Source of the DNA: an uncultured virus (IMG/VR IMGVR_UViG_3300032782_000008) | Taxonomy: Duplodnaviria; Heunggongvirae; Uroviricota; Caudoviricetes | Length of the DNA stretch: 20,000 nt | Strand: one strand, 5' to 3' | IMG/VR virus record: IMGVR_UViG_3300032782_000008 | The notes under the pieces: generated by a model | Seen by the model: only the letters and a program-made list of their open reading frames with translations | Database searches by the model: none | What the model was told of the DNA's origin: nothing | In this document: in pieces, positions 1-8,669 of the stretch | Position numbering within the stretch: the stretch's first letter is position 1 | How the letters are laid out: each line of letters begins with the position of its first letter | Position numbers and translations under genes: made by a program

Positions 1-25
1 ATGCCTTGCGCGGAGGAGCGTAGCC

Positions 26-1630
26 GTGGCGTCGCTATTCGACGGGGACGACCTCGCGCAATTTGCCAGCAGCTTGCTCGGACCGCGAGCAGAACCACCG
101 CCGAGCCCGCCACCCGAAACACCGACGCCACCCGACACGTCCGCGCCGGTTGAGCCCTCGAATGTCATCCCGCTCCCGATCGCCCAGGCGACCGAGGTCG
201 CCCTGCGCCCGCGAAGAAGTACGCCGCCGCCGCCGCCCAACCCCGAATGGAAGAAGCTCCTCAATATGCGCGGCAGCCAAGAGGAGGGGAATCTGCGCAT
301 GGAGCCGACGGCGAACAATGTCGCTCTCCTGCTCGAGAACCACGAAGATTTTCGCGGCTTCATTCGCTGGAACGAATACTCCAAGCGCATCGACATCACG
401 GGGGGTGTCCTCGGCGCCTACCGAAACATGGAGATCGAGCACGTCATCACCTTCGCCGTTGACCACCTCACCAGAGCGCACAGGATCTCGGTAGATTACA
501 GCAATGTGCAGAAACGCCTCTTCTTCGTCGCCAAACGAAATCCCTACGACCCGCTCATTGATCATCTAATGGATCTAGCCACGCTATGGGACGGCGGTCA
601 ACGCATCGACGAACTGTTCACCCGCTATTTCGGCGCTGGTAAACCAGAAGAAGACGAAGACCCTGCCGCTCTCGCGCGCCGACTCGGACATCTACGCCGC
701 ATCAGCCGGAGGTGGATGCTCGGCTCAGTGGAGCGCGCCTTCCGGCCCGGCTGCAAATTCGACAACGTACTGGTGCTCGAAGGTCTGCAAGGCGCGCGCA
801 AGACCAGCGCCATCGAGGCGCTCGGCGGTGACTTCTACAGCTCGACGCAGATCGTGCTCGGCGACAAGGACTCGAAAATGATCGCCGCCGCCAATTGGTT
901 CGTGGACTTGCCGGACACGAACTTCATGAAGAAGACCAACCGCGGCTTCATCACCCAGCGCGAGGACACGTATCGCCCGCCGTTCGGCGCCGCCGTGCAA
1001 AAAACCCCGCGGCGTTGCGTCTTCATCGCCAGCTCCATGAACGACCTCCAGTACACCGAGGAAGAGGAGCGCCGCTACTGGTCAGTGCTTTGCACCTCGG
1101 TCGACCTCGTGGCCCTCATGCGCGACCGCGACCAGCTCTGGGCCGAGGCCGCCGCCATCTCCCTGGCCGCCGCCGATTGCCCCGATTGCAGGCGCTCGAC
1201 CGACACCGTCGCCCGCCAAGCGCCTCGCTGCGTCGTGCATAGATGGTGGCTCGACGCCGAAGAAGAGAAGATCGCTATGGAAGAGGCCAGCAAGCGCGTT
1301 CAGGACGTACCCTGGAAAACGCGCATCCTGCAATGGTGGCTGAGCAAAGAGCCAGCAAAGCGCCCTCTCTACTTCTCGATCGAGGATGTTGCATCCGACG
1401 CCTTGAGCATCTCGATCGATAAACTACTGCCTCATTTGTACACCGCCATCGGCACAGCGGTGAAGAGTGCCGGATTCACGAGAAAGCGTCTGACGGTCGA
1501 AGGCGGCTCGCGCGACTGGCGCTACGTCCCGAATCAACTCCTTGCCCGCGCCCCCAAAAGCGGATCGCTACCGTCTCTCCCACCACCTGGAGGTGGGGTG
1601 GTGCTCACACTACCTAAACCAGTGAAATAA
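26..1630 (+). CDS. VapE/VirE-family P-loop helicase (phage primase-helicase C-terminal type) with Pro-rich N-terminus
   Basis: GTG start after GGAGG. Contains PG.KFD..LVLEG.QG..KTS (Walker A), D.YRPPFG, PRRCVF, ERRYW and RDQLWAEA, all typical of VapE-domain proteins. Confidence 0.85.
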   Translation: MASLFDGDDLAQFASSLLGPRAEPPPSPPPETPTPPDTSAPVEPSNVIPLPIAQATEVALRPRRSTPPPPPNPEWKKLLNMRGSQEEGNLRMEPTANNVALLLENHEDFRGFIRWNEYSKRIDITGGVLGAYRNMEIEHVITFAVDHLTRAHRISVDYSNVQKRLFFVAKRNPYDPLIDHLMDLATLWDGGQRIDELFTRYFGAGKPEEDEDPAALARRLGHLRRISRRWMLGSVERAFRPGCKFDNVLVLEGLQGARKTSAIEALGGDFYSSTQIVLGDKDSKMIAAANWFVDLPDTNFMKKTNRGFITQREDTYRPPFGAAVQKTPRRCVFIASSMNDLQYTEEEERRYWSVLCTSVDLVALMRDRDQLWAEAAAISLAAADCPDCRRSTDTVARQAPRCVVHRWWLDAEEEKIAMEEASKRVQDVPWKTRILQWWLSKEPAKRPLYFSIEDVASDALSISIDKLLPHLYTAIGTAVKSAGFTRKRLTVEGGSRDWRYVPNQLLARAPKSGSLPSLPPPGGGVVLTLPKPVK

Positions 1631-1637
1631 TTCATAG

Positions 1638-1886
1638 TGTCCCAGGGTGTCCCGACTCTGTCCCGACCTTCGTTCTCGTAACATCTGAAAAATACTACAT
1701 AATTCCCGACTGTCCCGACTGTCCCGGCCAGGACCAGATCCCTCTATGGCCTACACCCCTATTACCCAACATACCCACTCTCCTATAATAAAACGCTATT
1801 TAAGTTAGGACAGTTAGGACAGTTGGGACAAGTTAAATGATTTCGCGTAGCTGCAGTGTCCCAACCCTGTCCCAACTGTCCCGACT
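1638..1886. repeat. Iteron-like TGTCCC(G/A)AC repeats, putative replication origin
   Basis: Four clusters of three ~9-11 bp repeats: forward at 1638/1648/1659, forward at ~1702/1711/1720, inverted AGTT(A/G)GGAC at 1803/1812/1821, forward at 1857/1868/1877. Directly downstream of the helicase. Confidence 0.8.
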
Positions 1887-1933
1887 CTAACAATTCACAT
1901 TACGCGATGAAAAGTGGCGCTGTTTTTTGATTA

Positions 1934-1989
1934 GAAATTTCGACCCGAAATTCACGCTGAATTTTGAACTGAATTTCGACCCGAATTTT
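1934..1989. repeat. AT-rich phased GAAWTT repeats with ~12 bp period
   Basis: GAAWTT at 1934, 1947, 1959, 1971 and 1983. AATTTCGACCCGAA is exactly duplicated at 1936 and 1972. Confidence 0.7.
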
Positions 1990-2067
1990 ATGATGTACAG
2001 CTCGTATGAAATGTTAGCGTTGATATTTGTTGCATAACGTTGCTAATCAAGAATAGTGTGCTCATCC

Positions 2068-2259
2068 ATGAGCAAGCAGATTGGCATCAGGCTCACCGAC
2101 GAAGAGAATGCGCTGATCTCGCGCGCGCTCGAGATCGAGGCGCGTCTCGGCGATCGAGGAGGTACTTCCGCTTGGGCGCGCAGGGTGATCCTGCGGGAAG
2201 CACACCGCGTTGTTGCAGAGGCTCAGACGCCCTCTGGTATCGAGGAGAGCACGCCGTAG
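2068..2259 (+). CDS. Small putative ribbon-helix-helix DNA-binding protein
   Basis: MSKQIGIRLTDEENALISRA...SAWARRVIL fits a strand-helix-helix pattern. Its stop abuts the DinG ATG. Confidence 0.55.
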   Translation: MSKQIGIRLTDEENALISRALEIEARLGDRGGTSAWARRVILREAHRVVAEAQTPSGIEESTP

Positions 2260-4338
2260 ATGGACTACATCGATGACGTCTTCGGCCCGACTGGTTACCT
2301 GGCGCAATACTTCTCTGGCTACGAGCCGCGACTGGGTCAGGTCGCGCTGGCTCGCGCGGTCGAAAACGCCTTCTCCCTGTCGAGGCACCTCCTGGCCGAG
2401 GCACCGTGCGGCACGGGCAAGTCGGTCGCATACGGTGTCCCTGCTTCTTGGCACGCTTCTCGTGGACACCGCGTGGTCATCGTCACGGCGAACATCGCGC
2501 TGCAGGAGCAGCTCGTCCGCAAGGATCTGCCGATGCTCAAGGAAGTCTTACCATGGAAGTTTACTTACGCGCTGCTCAAGGGGCGCGGAAACTACTGGTG
2601 CAGAGAGGCGGCTTCAGTTGCACATCAAAAGTATTTTCAGGATCTCAAGCAGAGTGATCCTGTCGAGGAGGACGCAAAGCTCGCTAAGTCACAAGTCGAT
2701 AAATTGATCGCGTGGGGTGCCTCCACGGAGACGGGGGACAAGTCCGATTTGTCGTTCGTACCTGTATCCTCGCTGTGGAGTCGGGTCTCCGTAGGGGAGG
2801 GCGAGTGCGGAAGACAGGATTGTGAATATTTCGACAATTGTTTCTATTACGAGGCGAAGGCTAAGGCTCACGTAGCGTCAATCATAGTCACGAACTATCA
2901 CTTGTTTTTTATGCATTTGTACGTGCGCTGCGAGTCTGGAAAGAATGCCGTTCTTCCCGCTTTCGATCGATTGATTCTGGACGAGGCACACGAGGCGGCG
3001 GATATCGCACGAGACAGTGACGCCTTCGGTTTTAAAGTGAGTGAGCGGACAGTTAGGAACGTGGCGAGCAGAATCAGGCGCCGTGCGGAGTCAAAGATAC
3101 ACACAGCGCGCGGTCCTGTGATAGCGGCGGAGCAGAAATTAGAAAGTGCTCTTGTCGAACCAGTAGACGAATCTGCGGTCACTACCGCTCAAGAAGTGTT
3201 GAAACAAGCGCGCATCGGACTGCAGTTAATCGAAGGCGAGTGTCGGTTACCGTTGCTCCTCGCAAGCAATATCGATAAGGAAGCCATTCACTTTTTTTCT
3301 CAGCTCGTGACATATGCGCAGCCACCCACATATAGTGTTCGATTTCGACAACCTAATTTCGTTGAGGAACCAACGAGGCTGGTGTCGCTGCTCGAGGCTG
3401 CGGACCGATCGGATTTAGCAAGGCGAATAATCGAAGTGGTTCGGTTGGAAGATGAGAACACGGTTTATTTCTTGGACAAGGAGTCTCGAACCCCGCGTGT
3501 TATCGCTAAACCTATAGACGTGTCGGTCCTTTTGCATGATCTAATGTTTGCGACGGTACAATCTGTTGTGCTCACGTCGGCGACTTTGACTGCAGGGGGC
3601 AGCTTCACGTTCGTGCGGCGCGAATTGGGCGTGCCCGAGGATGCGCTCGAGATCGTAGTCGAGTCACCGTTCGACTTTCGCAATCAGGCGCTGCTCGTTG
3701 TGCCGACGGGTCTACCAAGCGTTGAGTCGCCTGGCTTCCCCCAGGCGATGACCGACGCGATGCGTGAGGTGATCGATGCGTGCGAGGGGCGGACGCTTTG
3801 CCTGTTCACGTCGAACGGGAACTTGGCCATCGCGCACGACAAACTGCGCGGACAGCTGCCGTATACGTTGCTGCGTCAGGGTGAATTGCCTCGTACCGAG
3901 CTGACGCGACTCTTCAAGGAGGATGTGCATTCGGTGCTGCTCGGGACGAACAGTTTCTGGACCGGGATCGATGTACCGGGGGAGGCGTTGACTGGGCTCG
4001 TGATCGACAAGCTGCCGTTTCCGAACCGTAGCGACCCGGTCGTCGATATCATCTGCGAGCGCGATCCGAAGTGGTTCGACAACTACTCGAAACCGCGCGC
4101 GGCGATCATGCTACGCCAGGGTGTCGGGCGCCTCATCAGGAGTCAGCGCGACATCGGCGTCGTCGTGATCCTCGACCGCCGGCTCGTCGACAAATACTAC
4201 AAGCGCGACTTTTTCCGCAGCTTGCCGCCGATGGGACGCTCGCCGGACCTCGGCGACGTCGCGCGCTTCCTGCGCGGCGAGGAGTTGCGTCGTCAGGCAG
4301 CGCCGGCACCATCGGCGAGTCTGCTGCAGATGCCGTGA
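2260..4338 (+). CDS. dinG: DinG/YoaA-family Fe-S SF2 helicase
   Basis: Q motif (YEPRLGQ), EAPCGTGKS, LLKGRGNYWC with three further Cys, ILDEAHE, TSATL, SPFDF, FWTGIDVPG, IDKLPF, QGVGRLIR. Confidence 0.93.
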   Translation: MDYIDDVFGPTGYLAQYFSGYEPRLGQVALARAVENAFSLSRHLLAEAPCGTGKSVAYGVPASWHASRGHRVVIVTANIALQEQLVRKDLPMLKEVLPWKFTYALLKGRGNYWCREAASVAHQKYFQDLKQSDPVEEDAKLAKSQVDKLIAWGASTETGDKSDLSFVPVSSLWSRVSVGEGECGRQDCEYFDNCFYYEAKAKAHVASIIVTNYHLFFMHLYVRCESGKNAVLPAFDRLILDEAHEAADIARDSDAFGFKVSERTVRNVASRIRRRAESKIHTARGPVIAAEQKLESALVEPVDESAVTTAQEVLKQARIGLQLIEGECRLPLLLASNIDKEAIHFFSQLVTYAQPPTYSVRFRQPNFVEEPTRLVSLLEAADRSDLARRIIEVVRLEDENTVYFLDKESRTPRVIAKPIDVSVLLHDLMFATVQSVVLTSATLTAGGSFTFVRRELGVPEDALEIVVESPFDFRNQALLVVPTGLPSVESPGFPQAMTDAMREVIDACEGRTLCLFTSNGNLAIAHDKLRGQLPYTLLRQGELPRTELTRLFKEDVHSVLLGTNSFWTGIDVPGEALTGLVIDKLPFPNRSDPVVDIICERDPKWFDNYSKPRAAIMLRQGVGRLIRSQRDIGVVVILDRRLVDKYYKRDFFRSLPPMGRSPDLGDVARFLRGEELRRQAAPAPSASLLQMP

Positions 4339-4496
4339 TGCACGTCGGACTCTTTGTCCTCCTCTGCATAGACGATTACTGGCCGCGCGAGAGTTGTACG
4401 CGCGAAGTGTTGAACCTGTACGCGAGCACCGACGAAGAGCGCGCCGAGTTGCGGCGGTACGTCGAGGACATGTACGAGATTTTCAAGAAGGAGTAG
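4338..4496 (+). CDS. Small hypothetical protein (52 aa)
   Basis: ATG overlaps the dinG stop (TGATG) and the ORF fills the gap to the next gene, whose RBS lies at its 3' end. Confidence 0.45.
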   Translation: MHVGLFVLLCIDDYWPRESCTREVLNLYASTDEERAELRRYVEDMYEIFKKE

Positions 4497-4498
4497 GC

Positions 4499-4972
4499 AT
4501 GCTCGAGAAGGTGATTTCCGGCGGACAGACAGGCGTCGATCAGGCTGCACTTCGCGCAGCTCGTCGTCTCAACATAGTGACCGGCGGCTGGGCGCCGAAG
4601 GGGTGGCGGACGCTCGACGGACCGCGGGAGCAACTGTTGCGTAGTTTCGGCCTCGTTGAGCATTGGGGAGGATACGCTGAGCGCACGTGGCAGAACGTGC
4701 GGGATGCACAGGTCACGTTGCGCGTAGCGACCGATTATAACACCGCCGGGGAGCGCTGCACGATGAAGGCTATCGAGCATTTCAAGAAGCCGAATCTATC
4801 GATTGTGATCGTGGGCGGGAAGATTATCAACATCGACGCTGTCGAAAAGGTGCGCGCGTTCCTGCGCAAGTACGACGTGCATGTGTTGAACGTGGCGGGC
4901 AACAGCGAAATCTCGGCGCCGGGTATTGGAACTCTCGCGGAGCAGTTTCTTTTCGAGGCGTTGCACATTTAG
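4499..4972 (+). CDS. YpsA-like SLOG protein ('putative molybdenum carrier' family)
   Basis: AAGGAG RBS. Motifs KVISGGQTGVDQAAL, GGWAPKG, ERT..NVRD and LNVAGN.E. Confidence 0.85.
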   Translation: MLEKVISGGQTGVDQAALRAARRLNIVTGGWAPKGWRTLDGPREQLLRSFGLVEHWGGYAERTWQNVRDAQVTLRVATDYNTAGERCTMKAIEHFKKPNLSIVIVGGKIINIDAVEKVRAFLRKYDVHVLNVAGNSEISAPGIGTLAEQFLFEALHI

Positions 4973-4982
4973 TAACTTATGC

Positions 4983-5011
4983 TTGACGACATAATTTTAT
5001 TACTGTAGCTC
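4983..5011 (+). promoter_or_regulatory. Putative sigma70-type promoter
   Basis: TTGACG-N17-TAGCTC in an AT-rich gap just upstream of the ATG at 5021. The -10 match is weak. Confidence 0.45.
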
Positions 5012-5020
5012 TATCACCTC

Positions 5021-5185
5021 ATGGCAAAGTCTGCTCGAGAAAATCTTGTTCGACAGTGTTTCGCGCTCTCCCCGCAGCAGATCAAGTGGCTCGATCAACA
5101 CTCTGACAAAACCGGGATGGCGAAGTCGGAGATCGTGCGCCGGGCGGTCGAGTCGTTCAAGTACAAAATCGGTCGCGGCAAGTGA
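5021..5185 (+). CDS. CopG-like ribbon-helix-helix protein (54 aa, not in the ORF track)
   Basis: Manual translation MAKSARENLVRQCFALSPQQIKWLDQHSDKTGMAKSEIVRRAVESFKYKIGRGK matches the CopG 'TG.SKSEIVRRAV' pattern. The stop overlaps the next GTG (GTGA). Confidence 0.75.
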   Translation: MAKSARENLVRQCFALSPQQIKWLDQHSDKTGMAKSEIVRRAVESFKYKIGRGK

Positions 5186-7446
5186 GCGAGCAGTTTCAGC
5201 CGCAGGTTCCGGGCGCGCCCCGGAAGCGCAAGGTCTTTCTCGGTCACGCGGTCGAGAAGGGTTTCATCCGCTTCTTGTCGGTGAAACAGATCATGTTGTT
5301 CGCGCCCGACAGCGGTGGCTGTCCGCGTAAGTGGGCGTTCGAGTACCTGTTCGGCAAGAAGCTCCAGAAGACGAAGTCGCTCGTTCAGGGCGCCGAGCTG
5401 GGCGAGGCGCTTGAGGAGTACCTGACGACTGGCAGGAACGTGCTGCCGCCGATTTTGCAACCGGCCAAGCACCTCTACCCTACGCCGGGGCCGGACCTTG
5501 AGTGCGAGAAGCGTTTCGCGACCGGGCCGGATGGCGAAGACATTCTGAAGGCCATCGCGGGGCGGGAGCGCCTCCGCGATCTCGGTGCGAGCCTATCGGC
5601 TCCCGAGATCGCGGAGGCGCAGCGAGCGATTCAGAATTACGCGCGCTTGACCGTGCTCGGCATCCCGATCGAGGGCGCGGCCGACGTGCGCCACCGTCGT
5701 GGCGAGTTCGTCGACGAGGACGGCGCGCTCCGTTCCGAAGTGCGCGGCATGGTTGTGACCGAGACGATCGACCAGAAGACCGCGGTGCGCGTGCGTCCGC
5801 ACAAGATTACGCGCGGCAAGAACGCCGGCATGATCCTCCCCTCGTACGTGCTCTCGGCGGCTGAGATCTGCAACGACGTGCAGATGCTTGGCTACGGGAT
5901 TTACGAGGCGGACAACAATCCGGCGGTTACGCACTTGCGCTTGTCGCACGTGCAGGTGAGTAAGACGAGCCGTGACGCCAAAAAGAGCACAGGGCTGATT
6001 TCGGTCGAGCAGGTGCGGGAGCGCTGGCACCGCCGAGCTGTCGTCAACGTCGAGAAGATGGTGCAGGTCGCCGGCGCGACGGATACCCGCGACGTCGAGT
6101 CGAACACGCTCAGCTGCGACAAATACACGCACGTGAGCCCAGACGACCCGACGGGCAAGACCGTCTTGAAGGGTTGCGGACACCGCTACTACTGCCCGCT
6201 GGCCGCGCACCAAGTGAGCTTCGCCCTGGACCTCGGTGAGGGCGATGACGAAGAGGAGACCACGACCATGGATGGAAACGGAAAGTCGGCCTTCGACGCA
6301 ATCAACATGCCTTCGCCGCCGAACGGTGCTCCCCAGGCACCACCGGCCCCGCTGACCGAGCAGCAGTACGCGGATGCCGTCGCGACGGCGAGGGCGCAGT
6401 TCGCTCAACAAGCCGTCGCACCTCCGATGCAGCAGTCGTGGCCGCAGCCGCCGACTAGCGGCCCTCATGCGCACCCGGGCGCGCTCGGGATCGAGGGATA
6501 CCGGCCGGGGCAGCCGTGCAACGGCTTCGGTTACTACGCCAACGCGAACGGCGCCGGGTTCATGCCGGCCGAGCCCGGCCACGTGTGCCAGGCGTGCGCG
6601 CATCTTCGCGCGCCGTCGCCGCCCGTGACGCAGGTGATGCCTGCTGTCGCGCCTCCGCCGCCGCCCGCACCACCTGCACCGACGCCGCCTACGGTCGCTG
6701 CCGTGCGCCCGCCGGATGCGCCCACGCCCGGGATCCTCGACGGCGCGCGACCGATGCCCGCCGAAGAGATTGCCAAGGTCGAGGACCCGACCTTGCGGGC
6801 GCAGCTCGAGGCGCACGCTGCCGCGCATGCTCAGCGCGAGCAGGAGCGCGCTTCGACTCAGCCCGGTGGCGGCGCCTCGCCGTGGTGCCAGCCGCAAACG
6901 CCGAAGATCCACATTACCGACGACATGCTTGCCGAGGGTAGCTACACATGCCACTGCGGCAAGACGTACACGACGAAGCTGCTCAAGCCGGTGAAGGAGT
7001 CCGACGGGCGTTACATGTCGACGATTCCGAAGCATAAGCCGGTGAACAAGGCGCCGGCCGCGTCCGCGGCCCCCATCGCGGCAACATCCGCCGCCCCGTT
7101 GCCGTCGTCTCTGCCCACGCAAATGACGATCCCGGTGTCGACGCCTTCTGCTTCCCCGCCGCCGGTTCAGGCCGGCGAGATGACTCGGATGGTTGAGAGC
7201 ATGTTCGGCACGGAGGCGCAGCCGCATATGCAGCAGGCGCCTGCTCAGGCGCTACCGCAGCAGGTGTTGACGATGCCGATGACGCCGCACCTTCCACCGG
7301 CACCACCTCCTGCTCCGCCGTCGCCGATGCTCACGGAGGCGACGCTCTCGGTCGCGGACGCACAAAAGCTACTCGTCAAGAACATCGCGGCCGAGATCGC
7401 CCGCGCGGTCATCGCGGCGCTCACTCCGATCGCGGAGGGCAAGTAG
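5182..7446 (+). CDS. Cas4/AddB-like PD-(D/E)XK exonuclease with long Pro-rich, Cys-containing C-terminal region
   Basis: CPRKW near the N-terminus, GAAD...IDQKT, QMLGY (QxxxY) and C-terminal SCDKY...GCGHRYYCP give a split four-Cys Fe-S arrangement. Confidence 0.75.
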   Translation: MSEQFQPQVPGAPRKRKVFLGHAVEKGFIRFLSVKQIMLFAPDSGGCPRKWAFEYLFGKKLQKTKSLVQGAELGEALEEYLTTGRNVLPPILQPAKHLYPTPGPDLECEKRFATGPDGEDILKAIAGRERLRDLGASLSAPEIAEAQRAIQNYARLTVLGIPIEGAADVRHRRGEFVDEDGALRSEVRGMVVTETIDQKTAVRVRPHKITRGKNAGMILPSYVLSAAEICNDVQMLGYGIYEADNNPAVTHLRLSHVQVSKTSRDAKKSTGLISVEQVRERWHRRAVVNVEKMVQVAGATDTRDVESNTLSCDKYTHVSPDDPTGKTVLKGCGHRYYCPLAAHQVSFALDLGEGDDEEETTTMDGNGKSAFDAINMPSPPNGAPQAPPAPLTEQQYADAVATARAQFAQQAVAPPMQQSWPQPPTSGPHAHPGALGIEGYRPGQPCNGFGYYANANGAGFMPAEPGHVCQACAHLRAPSPPVTQVMPAVAPPPPPAPPAPTPPTVAAVRPPDAPTPGILDGARPMPAEEIAKVEDPTLRAQLEAHAAAHAQREQERASTQPGGGASPWCQPQTPKIHITDDMLAEGSYTCHCGKTYTTKLLKPVKESDGRYMSTIPKHKPVNKAPAASAAPIAATSAAPLPSSLPTQMTIPVSTPSASPPPVQAGEMTRMVESMFGTEAQPHMQQAPAQALPQQVLTMPMTPHLPPAPPPAPPSPMLTEATLSVADAQKLLVKNIAAEIARAVIAALTPIAEGK

Positions 7447-8202
7447 ATGATCGCTTGGGCCGACATAGAATCAACCGGACTGGACCCTGAGAAGGATCAT
7501 CTACTCGAGGTCGCGCTCGTCATCACCGACGATGATCTGAACGAGACTGCGGCCACGAGTGTCGTGGTGCAGCCGGTCGGCGTGCTCGACGTCGAGAAGC
7601 TTGACCTCGATCCCAAGGTTCGCAAGATGTACACGGACAACGGCCTCTTCGCCGAGGTGAAGACGACGCCGTTGCATCGCTATGAGGGCGAGCTGCTGCT
7701 CATCGATGTGGTCAAGGAGGCATTCAAGAACGTTCCGCCCGTCGAGATCGACAGCTGTGCGCAGTGTCGGGAGCCGAAGAACAAACATCAAGCACCTGAG
7801 CCGCTGCCTGGTTTTGATCTGGCGATGAAGTGTCAGGCCGAGGGCTATCACGGTTCTATTTTCGTCGCCAAGTTGGTCCCGGCTGTTTCGCAGACGCCGC
7901 TGGCCGGTTCGACGATCGGCTTCGATGATCGTTTTTTGCTCAAGCATATGCCGAAACTCAGGGGCATGTTCTCGTACCGCTCGATCGACGTTAGCAGCCT
8001 GGTCGAGCTGGCGAAGCGCTGGGCACCGGCTATCTACGAGGCTCGTCCGAAGAAGGCAGCAGCTCATCGCGCGCTCGCTGACATCCGCGAGAGCATCGCG
8101 TACTTGCGTTTCTTTCGCGAGAGCGGTTTCGTGGCATCGGGTATCAAGATCAATCCGCTCGTCACCTTGCCGAGTCTCGTCGGAGGGGTGGTGCCCAAAT
8201 GA
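7447..8202 (+). CDS. orn: Oligoribonuclease (DEDDh) with Cys/His insertion
   Basis: WADIESTGLD, LLEVA.VITD..LN, PLAGSTIGFD.RFL..HMP, YRSIDVSS..ELAKRW, HRALADIRESI. Confidence 0.9.
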   Translation: MIAWADIESTGLDPEKDHLLEVALVITDDDLNETAATSVVVQPVGVLDVEKLDLDPKVRKMYTDNGLFAEVKTTPLHRYEGELLLIDVVKEAFKNVPPVEIDSCAQCREPKNKHQAPEPLPGFDLAMKCQAEGYHGSIFVAKLVPAVSQTPLAGSTIGFDDRFLLKHMPKLRGMFSYRSIDVSSLVELAKRWAPAIYEARPKKAAAHRALADIRESIAYLRFFRESGFVASGIKINPLVTLPSLVGGVVPK

Positions 8203-8669
8203 AAATCTACGTCGCGTCGAGCTGGCGGAATAGTCACCAGCCCGAGGTCGTGCAAAAGCTTCGTCGCGCCGGTCACGAAGTCTACGACTTCAAGAACCCG
8301 AAGGAGGGCGACCACGGTTTCCATTGGTCGAACGTCAGCCTCAAGCGTGAGGAGAGCGGGTACTGCACCGGAGCCGCGCTCAAGGAGGCGCTCGCGCACT
8401 CGCGGGCCGTTGAGGGTTTCGCGTCTGACTTCGGCGCGATGAAACGGGCAGACGCGTGCGTGCTCGTCCTCCCTTGCGGCCGCAGCGCGCACCTGGAGGC
8501 AGGGTGGATGGCTGGCGCGGGCAAGCCTGTGTACGTGCTCGCTCCGCCGAAGTTGCTCGGGGAACTAATCGAGCCCGAACTAATGTACGGGCTTTTGAGT
8601 GGCGGGCTGTGTCTTTCTGGGGAGGAGCTAATCACTCGTCTCAAAGAGGACGAGGTCAAGGTCGCGTGA
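8199..8669 (+). CDS. Nucleoside 2-deoxyribosyltransferase-like protein (NDT/TIR-like fold)
   Basis: MKIYVASSWRN, GHEVYDF, D..AM..ADACVLVLPCGRSAHLEAGW..G.GKPV. Confidence 0.7.
   Translation: MKIYVASSWRNSHQPEVVQKLRRAGHEVYDFKNPKEGDHGFHWSNVSLKREESGYCTGAALKEALAHSRAVEGFASDFGAMKRADACVLVLPCGRSAHLEAGWMAGAGKPVYVLAPPKLLGELIEPELMYGLLSGGLCLSGEELITRLKEDEVKVA

Noticed and set aside
1638..1990. CRISPR array interpretation of the repeats
   Set aside because: The units are only 9-14 bp, have no unique spacers and occur in mixed orientation.
5593..7227. 544-aa minus-strand ORF
   Set aside because: Arg/Gly-rich antisense shadow of the GC-rich nuclease gene, with no recognisable motifs.
2260..7446. Type IV CRISPR system (DinG plus Cas4-like)
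   Set aside because: No Cas5/6/7/Csf genes or array. Both proteins fit a phage replication context.
8456..8665. Upstream extension of the helicase ORF (likewise the ORF-track starts at 4394, 12028, 16569 and 18349)
   Set aside because: These extensions overlap upstream genes. Coupled or RBS-supported starts at 8666, 4499, 12118, 16659 and 18460 fit better.
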